In this document: one piece after another, positions 58,292 through 64,000 of the stretch
How the letters are laid out: every line of letters begins with the position of its first letter
Numbering within the stretch: the stretch's first letter is position 1
Source of the DNA: Longimicrobiales bacterium
GTDB taxonomy: Bacteria; Gemmatimonadota; Gemmatimonadetes; Longimicrobiales; Gaopeijiaceae
Length of the DNA stretch: 64,000 nucleotides
NCBI GenBank assembly: GCA_965198065.1
Contig: CBDAON010000004.1
Location: forward strand, 1,152,001-1,216,000
Reading direction: 5' to 3'
Made by a program: the position numbers and the translations under genes
The notes under the pieces: generated by a model
What the model was told of the DNA's origin: nothing
Databases searched by the model: none
What the model saw: the letters and a program-made list of their open reading frames with translations, nothing else

Positions 58292-60336
58292 ATGAGCGAC
58301 CCCTCCGACAATCCTCTGAAGCGTCTGATCGGCGATATATCCACCGCCGTAGTCTCTGGCAGGTGCTGGGGATCTACCTGCTTGGCTCCTGGTTCGTATA
58401 TGAGGTGGTCCAGGGGCTCACTCAGGGACTGGGACTTCCTGAGTGGTTTCCCGCGCTTGCCGTGGTGCTACTGCTCATCGGCCTGCCCATCGTTGTAGCT
58501 ACCGCTTTCGTTCAGCAGGGAGCCCCCGGCCGTGCACCGCCTCCAGTCTCCATCACCGCGATGGACGAACTGTATCCGGTCGCGGGGCCCACGGTCTCTA
58601 GTCGGATCTTTACCTGGAACAAAGCGATCATGGGCGGCGTCGGAGCCTTCGCTCTGCTGGGGTTTGTCGGTACCGGTTGGGTGATGTTCGGTGGGCGGCC
58701 TGCTGGACCGGCGGGGAGTGCAACTGGGTCGATCGAGCAGTCGGTTGCTGTGCTCCCGTTTGTGAACATGAGCGGCAATCCCGAAAACGAGTACTTCTCC
58801 GACGGGATCACGGAGGCGCTGCTCAACGCCCTAGCGCAGGTACCCGGTCTTCGCGTTCCTGCCCGCACTTCCTCATTCGCCTTCAAGGGTCAGAACATCC
58901 CGATCGCGGAGATCGCTGAGACACTGGCCGTAGCCAACATCCTCGAAGGAAGCGTCCGCCGACAAGGCGAAAGAGTTCTCATCACAGCGCAGCTCGTGGA
59001 TGCCGAGACAGACACGCACCTCTGGTCCGACGAGTTCGAGCGAGAGTTGGACGACGTCTTCGCGATACAGAGGGAGATTGCGACAGCCATCGCAGATCAG
59101 CTCGAAGTCGCACTGGTCGGAGGCCAACGCGAGACCCTCGTAGTGGTGGCTACCGAAAACCCGGAGGCGTATGACCTCTACCTCCGCGGCCGCGAGTACT
59201 GGGATCGTCCAAACTGGGAAAGACCGAACTTCGAGGCCGCGATCGACTTGTTCGGGAGAGCGGTTGCGCTCGATCCAGATTTTGCGTTGGCGCGGGCGGC
59301 CCTCTCGGTCGCCCACTCAGCTATGACCTGGGGGGGCTACGGAGGCTATGACCAATCCCCTGAGCGCCTGGCAGCTGCCACCGAGGAGGCCGAACAAGCC
59401 TTGCGGCTGCAGCCGGATCTCCCCGAGGCCCACCTCGCCATGAGGTATGTCCACTACTGGGGCAATTACGACCTAAGCCGAGGTCTGGAAGAGTTCGAGA
59501 CGGCGCAGCAACTCTTGCCCAACCATGTCGAGATCATGGAAGCCCGTGGGTTTGTGCACCGGCGGCTCGGCGATTGGCCTGAGGTCTACGCGATCTTCAA
59601 AGAGGCCACCGCACTGGATCCCTATGACGCCGACCTTTTCCAGAACATCGGGGGCCTGACCTTTCTGAATACTGGCCGACATGAGGACGCCGTTCGGGCC
59701 CTGACGCGGGCGGTTGAGTTGGCACCAGACCAGCTACTGTGGCAGGTGCAACTAGGCCGGGCCTACTTGTTCGGAGAAGGTCAGCTCGACTCCTTGCGGG
59801 CGACGGTCGCACGGCTCCCCACCGACGAATCCACCGAGGGAGTGAGGCGCCAGCTAGCTCTTTTCGACAGAGACAGCGAGCAGATGCTGCAGCTGCTCCA
59901 GGACTCAGATGTGCCAAATCCGCTCTACGCCGCATGGGCACACAGATTTCGGGGAGACGAAGTGGCCGCGAGGGTGGCCTTCGATTCTGCTAGAGTGCGT
60001 TTCGAGCGGCTCACGCAGGAGCAACCCGACGACCGTTAAGCCCAAGTCGGTCTCGGCTTTGCGTATGCAGGGCTCGGTAGGGCCGACGCTGCTGCTGCTG
60101 CTGCGGACCGGGTCGCAGAATGGAACCCCGGAGACGCGTTTTCTGCCATAGGTGGCAGTGTTGGGGCCGCTGAGATCTTGGCACAGGCGGGCCTCGCCGA
60201 TCGGGCGGTCGATCTCTTGGCGCAGCTGGCTGATACACCCTTCACGACCACAGGACACGTCCTGCGCCTCGATCCGATTTGGGATCCGATCCGTGACCAT
60301 CCCCGCTTTCAGGCCCTCCTGGAAACTGACCGATGA
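58292..60336 (+). pseudogene. Membrane-anchored TolB-N-like/TPR protein, disrupted
   Basis: SVAVLPFVNMS..EYFSDGITE, ARTSSF, EGSVRR, TPRs and a C-terminal LRLDPIWDPIRDHPRFQAL. A 2-nt slip occurs at ATATAT 58335-58340 and an in-frame TAA at 60037-60039. Confidence 0.85.
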
Positions 60337-60362
60337 TGGTGATCCTGGCCTAAATCACGTTC

Positions 60363-60413
60363 ATGAGTGACCCCATCGCCCGCCTGAACGCTGCCCTCGA
60401 AGGCCGTTACCGC
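60363..60413 (+). pseudogene. 17-codon N-terminal stub of a Ser/Thr protein kinase gene
   Basis: MSDPIARLNAALEGRYR, which in such kinases continues into the IxRELGxGGMA glycine loop; here the similarity ends abruptly. Confidence 0.6.
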
Positions 60414-60472
60414 CGGGACGTATGGTCGACCCCCCACGCGACCCACGCTTAGGTCTGGAGAGATCGGACCGA

Positions 60473-60514
60473 AGCCCCCCAAGGGAGCCCTCTTCTGGGT
60501 CCCATCCTAGAGAC
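60473..60514 (+). repeat. Dispersed repeat copy 4
   Basis: AGCCCCCCAAGGGAGCCCTCTTCTGGGTCCCATCCTAGAGAC. Confidence 0.7.
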
Positions 60515-60536
60515 CCCACCCCCGTGGGTTCCCGTG

Positions 60537-60607
60537 GCCGAACGTGACCGCAAGCGAAGCGCGCGAGCCTCAAAGTCTACCGCGACAGCAGCAATCACTT
60601 GTTAGAC
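60537..60607 (-). mobile_element. Truncated integron attC site
   Basis: Minus strand reads GTCTAAC-AAGTGATTGCTGCTGTCGCGG..., closely matching the attC at 61133-61232; the complementary L' arm is absent. Confidence 0.65.
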
Positions 60608-60696
60608 GGAAACTCCGCGAGTGTCAGTCCGTGACGGGCTTTTGTATCTCCTTCCAAAGCTCCCACCCATTGGAAGGCGTAGGAGTCAGAGGATCG

Positions 60697-61089
60697 TTAG
60701 GCATCAGCTGCGCCCGACCCCGATCGCCTCAAGAGCGTCTGATAAACAACCCCAACCAAGCTCCAGGCTACCACAAGCACGATGGAGCTCACGGCGCCCG
60801 CTCTGACCCCTCGACTACCACCCAGCACATAGTCCACGTTGACAAGAAGCAGCTGCGAAATGGCCACAGTGAGGGCCGCCTTGACTGGGTGACCCATTTG
60901 CTCAGCGACCCAGGAAAAGAAGAGCACGAGTAGGACATTCGATATCGCAAACCCAACGATCGGTAGCACAAGTGGCTCACTCGTCGGCGCTTCGTTGGCG
61001 AAGAGGTGGCCGAAGGAGAACCCAGCGATCATGTACACGATGGAAAGCGTCAACCACGCACCAATCAGGGCCGGTATTTTGCGTTTCAT
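60697..61089 (-). CDS. Hypothetical four-TM membrane protein (gene cassette ORF)
   Basis: Four hydrophobic segments, AT-richer codons, flanked by two attC-like sites. Confidence 0.75.
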   Translation of the reverse strand: MKRKIPALIGAWLTLSIVYMIAGFSFGHLFANEAPTSEPLVLPIVGFAISNVLLVLFFSWVAEQMGHPVKAALTVAISQLLLVNVDYVLGGSRGVRAGAVSSIVLVVAWSLVGVVYQTLLRRSGSGAADA

Positions 61090-61132
61090 TCAGCCTCGCT
61101 GGATGAAGGGGGGGCCCGGCCGACCCACGGCC

Positions 61133-61232
61133 ACCTAACGTCTCTCGATTCTGTTGCGCGGCCAATGTGGTGCCCGCATGCGAAGCGCGAGATCCTGATG
61201 CTTACCGCGACAGTAGCAATCGCTTGTTATGC
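61133..61232 (-). mobile_element. Integron attC recombination site (100 bp)
   Basis: Minus strand has R'' GCATAAC and R' GTTAGGT, with imperfect inverted arms CGATTgCTACTGtCGCGG / CCGCGCAACAGAATCG leaving two unpaired bases. Confidence 0.8.
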
Positions 61233-61368
61233 GGACTTCCCGCCCGTGGAGGCTCCAGCACTAGGGGCCCGAAGTCGAGGACTACGGTCTCCAAGACACC
61301 TAGGAATGTACGAGGGCCACACTTCGTGATGTCGGGAAGCCCCGAAAACAGACGGTGTGGCCTAGCCG

Positions 61369-61689
61369 CTAGGAGCCAGGAGGCTGGTATGCGGGGCTCC
61401 GCTGGCAGGCCTCATCCACCTCTTCCGGAGTCAACAGCACCACCACATTCGTCGTAACCGCGCCACTGGCGTTCACTGCGAGAGCGGCAGCCGCAACACT
61501 CACATTGTCAGGCATGTCGACGATGACGTAGGCGTCGACTGCCCCGAACGCGAAGTATATCGCCTCCACCGTACCGCCCAACGATGTCAGCAGCTGAGTG
61601 GCCGCGTCGCGTCGGGCTGAGCCGCCGTCCTTCAATAGGCCTTTGACGCCCTCGGCGGCGTACGAAGCCTGGACCAGGTACTTTGCCAT
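61369..61689 (-). CDS. GYD domain-containing protein
   Basis: MAKYLVQASY..EGVKGL, LGGTVEAIYFAFG..D and LLTPEEVD..YQPPG. Confidence 0.88.
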   Translation of the reverse strand: MAKYLVQASYAAEGVKGLLKDGGSARRDAATQLLTSLGGTVEAIYFAFGAVDAYVIVDMPDNVSVAAAALAVNASGAVTTNVVVLLTPEEVDEACQRSPAYQPPGS

Positions 61690-61942
61690 GGAGAGCCTCC
61701 GATGGTGAGAGTCACGGATTAAGCAACCAAGGTATGGTGGCTGGACAATCAGCAGGCAAGGCAGGCCCTACTCAAGCCGCTGCGGCATCCTGCCGCGCCG
61801 TCGTTGGGGTGGCGATTTGGAAATCGATCAAAGCGAGTCACACGCAGCGAAATCGCAGTTAATCCTGCTGGCCGTGCATGAGGCCGTCGGAGACACTCGA
61901 CCCCCTTGCCGGCATGACTGTCTAGCCGAGGAGGTGCTCACA

Positions 61943-62870
61943 ATGAACGGGCTTCGACCTCACTACCCTCTCCCGTCCAGACTGTGGCTCACCTCCATTC
62001 CTTTGCTAGCCGGTTTACTCGCCGGCTGTGGCATCACCCAATCGATCAGCCCCGTCTACCCGACGTACCTCGAAGCGCTGCCGTTCCGCGCTGAGCGACC
62101 CATTGCCAGAGAGCTCCGCTACACCTACCTGGACCGCTGGGACCTGGGCGGCGAGGAAGGAGTGCCTACCGGGTCGGCCGACGACGTCACGAAGGCGGCT
62201 CTACAGAGAGGGGAGACGATAGCGTTGCTTTCGGCCCAGCCCCCCTTGGCGGAGAACTGGGGCGACCACTACAGCGACCTCGCGGACGCGGCCCAGGCTC
62301 AAGGGGACAACGGATCTGCGCTCATGTATCGTGAGCTGGCCGTCGGCCAGGCGGAGACACAGCTGGCGATGAACCAGATTTCCGCCGCGGGCAACATGTT
62401 GAGCACGTATGTGAGTGTGATGTCGGCCCTTGCCGTCGCGGGTCAGGCCCTGATGGACCGCGACGCCGCCCGACTCGCGAACTGGACAGCCACTTCGACG
62501 GGAGCGATCGGGGACGAGGCCCCCGAAGGATCGATCCTGCACCTCGACTTTATACAGGTTCTCCAAGGCGAGCGCTTCGGAACTACGTCGCGAGTGGAGT
62601 TCTTTGCGACGGCGATACTCGACGACGGCAACGGGACCGTGTTCCGGTCCGATCGCAGCTACGAGCTGTTCACCTATAATCCGGACGATCCGCCCGAGGA
62701 CCTCCCGTCCGACGCGGTGCCGACGGTTTCAGATGGCAGTGTGCCGGTGCTGAACGAGATCGAAAGCGAAATTGGGGCTGGACTGCACAACTTCCTGGCG
62801 ATCTTGGCGAACGCGGCGGGTTCAAAGCCTTTACGCACAGCTTGCCCTCGCTGGACCGACGGGCACCTGA
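61943..62870 (+). CDS. Hypothetical lipoprotein
   Basis: GAGGAGGT RBS and lipobox LLAGC. The literal frame runs to 62986, but removing one G near 62819 gives a helical end stopping at 62870. Confidence 0.65.
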
Positions 62871-63021
62871 GCAGAGGTTCGGACGCTTGTCGAGCCCCGA
62901 GATGTAGAAGAAGGCGTTACTGGCGGCCTGTTGGTCCACTGCCGTTCCCTTGCCGGTTGCACGCGACTGGAGCGGAGATCATGTGAGCGTACGGCTGCCT
63001 GCCCGCTGGTGAGTCCTCTCT

Positions 63022-64000
63022 CTAACGCGTGAAGTCGAACTGCTTCGTGTACTTGACGATGAGCTGGCGCTGCTGCGGTCCCTTCGCTAGGCCGGTCGTC
63101 GAAAACGAGCCGAAGTGCTCGGTATCGTTGTAGACGACGTACAGCCCGGTGCCCGCCGTGTCCAGCCACGCGAACCGGACGTTTGAACTGAGGTCCTCGG
63201 TGTCGTCGTTGTACTGCACCTGGGCGCCCACGTAGATGCGCGGTGTGAACGCATAGGAGCCCGACAGCGCCACGATGGCTGTCTTGAACTTGTCCGTCTC
63301 GTTGAGCCGCACGTCGTAATAGTTCACGCGAAGCGACGTCACAAGGCGATCCTGCCACCGCCACGTCACGCCGACATTAGGCCCCACCCGGGTCCCGGTG
63401 TAGAAGCCGCCAGCTTCCCATCCGATGGATCCTGAGAGCGGGGCGCTCAGATTGGTGTTCGCCCTGAATTGCCAGTCCAGGTTGTTGTAGGTACCAGCAG
63501 GGATGACGATGCCCTCACGGATCTCGAACGGCTCCTTGAGGCCCTCGCCGGTGATGTTGAACCCAGGGAGCTGGAAGAACGCGCCGTTCGCGAACTCGAA
63601 GTGGTTGTCTATGTGGATGAAGCGGCTCTCGCTGAACCCGTCGAGGTCCCAGTACTCGGTCCAGGACATGTGCGGGCGGATCTCGCGGAACCACGGGACG
63701 TCGTCGAATCGGATGTGCCTTAGCCAGCGCGCGCTCACGTTGCGGTACGCGCTGCGCGATAGGAAGCCGACCTCGGGGTTGAACGAGTCACCGACTTCGG
63801 TGAACCCGAGCGAGAGCTCCCATATACGGTCGCGATAGTCGCCGCCGAAGCTGTACGCATACTCGCCGCCCCCGACGCCCGGTGTGCTCGTGACCGCGCC
63901 GTACGCGTCGAGGGTCAGCCCGTCGCTGATTCCCAAGCTTCCGTCGATGCCGTAGGTGAGGTTGTAGTCGCCCGTGTCGTCGGTGTTCAGCCGTGAGACG
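63022..64000 (-). CDS. DUF5916-like outer-membrane beta-barrel protein (C-terminal part; continues beyond the window)
   Basis: FNPEVGFL, GGFYTG, QYNDD..SSNVRF, GTGLYVVYN and LIVKY, typical of CBM9-like/DUF5916 proteins. Confidence 0.75.
   Translation of the reverse strand, partial: VSRLNTDDTGDYNLTYGIDGSLGISDGLTLDAYGAVTSTPGVGGGEYAYSFGGDYRDRIWELSLGFTEVGDSFNPEVGFLSRSAYRNVSARWLRHIRFDDVPWFREIRPHMSWTEYWDLDGFSESRFIHIDNHFEFANGAFFQLPGFNITGEGLKEPFEIREGIVIPAGTYNNLDWQFRANTNLSAPLSGSIGWEAGGFYTGTRVGPNVGVTWRWQDRLVTSLRVNYYDVRLNETDKFKTAIVALSGSYAFTPRIYVGAQVQYNDDTEDLSSNVRFAWLDTAGTGLYVVYNDTEHFGSFSTTGLAKGPQQRQLIVKYTKQFDFTR

Noticed and set aside
57577..60514. CRISPR array interpretation of the dispersed repeats
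   Set aside because: Spacing is irregular (tens to thousands of bp), the copies are degenerate, and there are no cas genes.

Overview
High-GC bacterial chromosomal segment. The lineage is most likely Gemmatimonadota, an inference from the protein styles (for example the MSDPIARLNAALEGRY kinase N-terminus and the TolB-N/TPR protein). Bases 1-51669 hold mostly core and cell-envelope genes: pepP, an ECF sigma/anti-sigma/MacAB-type ABC/CPBP operon, a PTPS/QueD-family gene, HNH, priA, ccmH, an HDAC-family gene, carB, an M6 protease, nth, glyQS, nfuA, a class A PBP, a GGDEF-REC protein, an M16 peptidase pair, GT2, an HprK-like kinase, a nucleotidyltransferase, a heme c/Cu-monooxygenase-like protein and an IorAB-like molybdoenzyme. 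From 51670 the sequence is visibly less GC-rich and looks accessory: a 5'-truncated MgtC gene, a disulfide oxidoreductase, patatin-fadE, a TolB-N/TPR pseudogene, a kinase stub, a dispersed repeat and integron attC sites with no integrase in the window. Many single indels, including a compensating pair, suggest assembly errors, so most frameshifts should be treated as unconfirmed. The best leads are (1) an M6 protease with a dockerin-like tail coupled to a cohesin-like lipoprotein, (2) a heme c-fused PHM/DBH-like Cu monooxygenase next to a Tat-exported Mo oxidoreductase, (3) an attC cassette and repeat-associated gene-shuffling zone, and (4) a sigma54 promoter with a palindromic enhancer driving a 71-aa orphan protein. 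No rRNA, tRNA or CRISPR array was seen.
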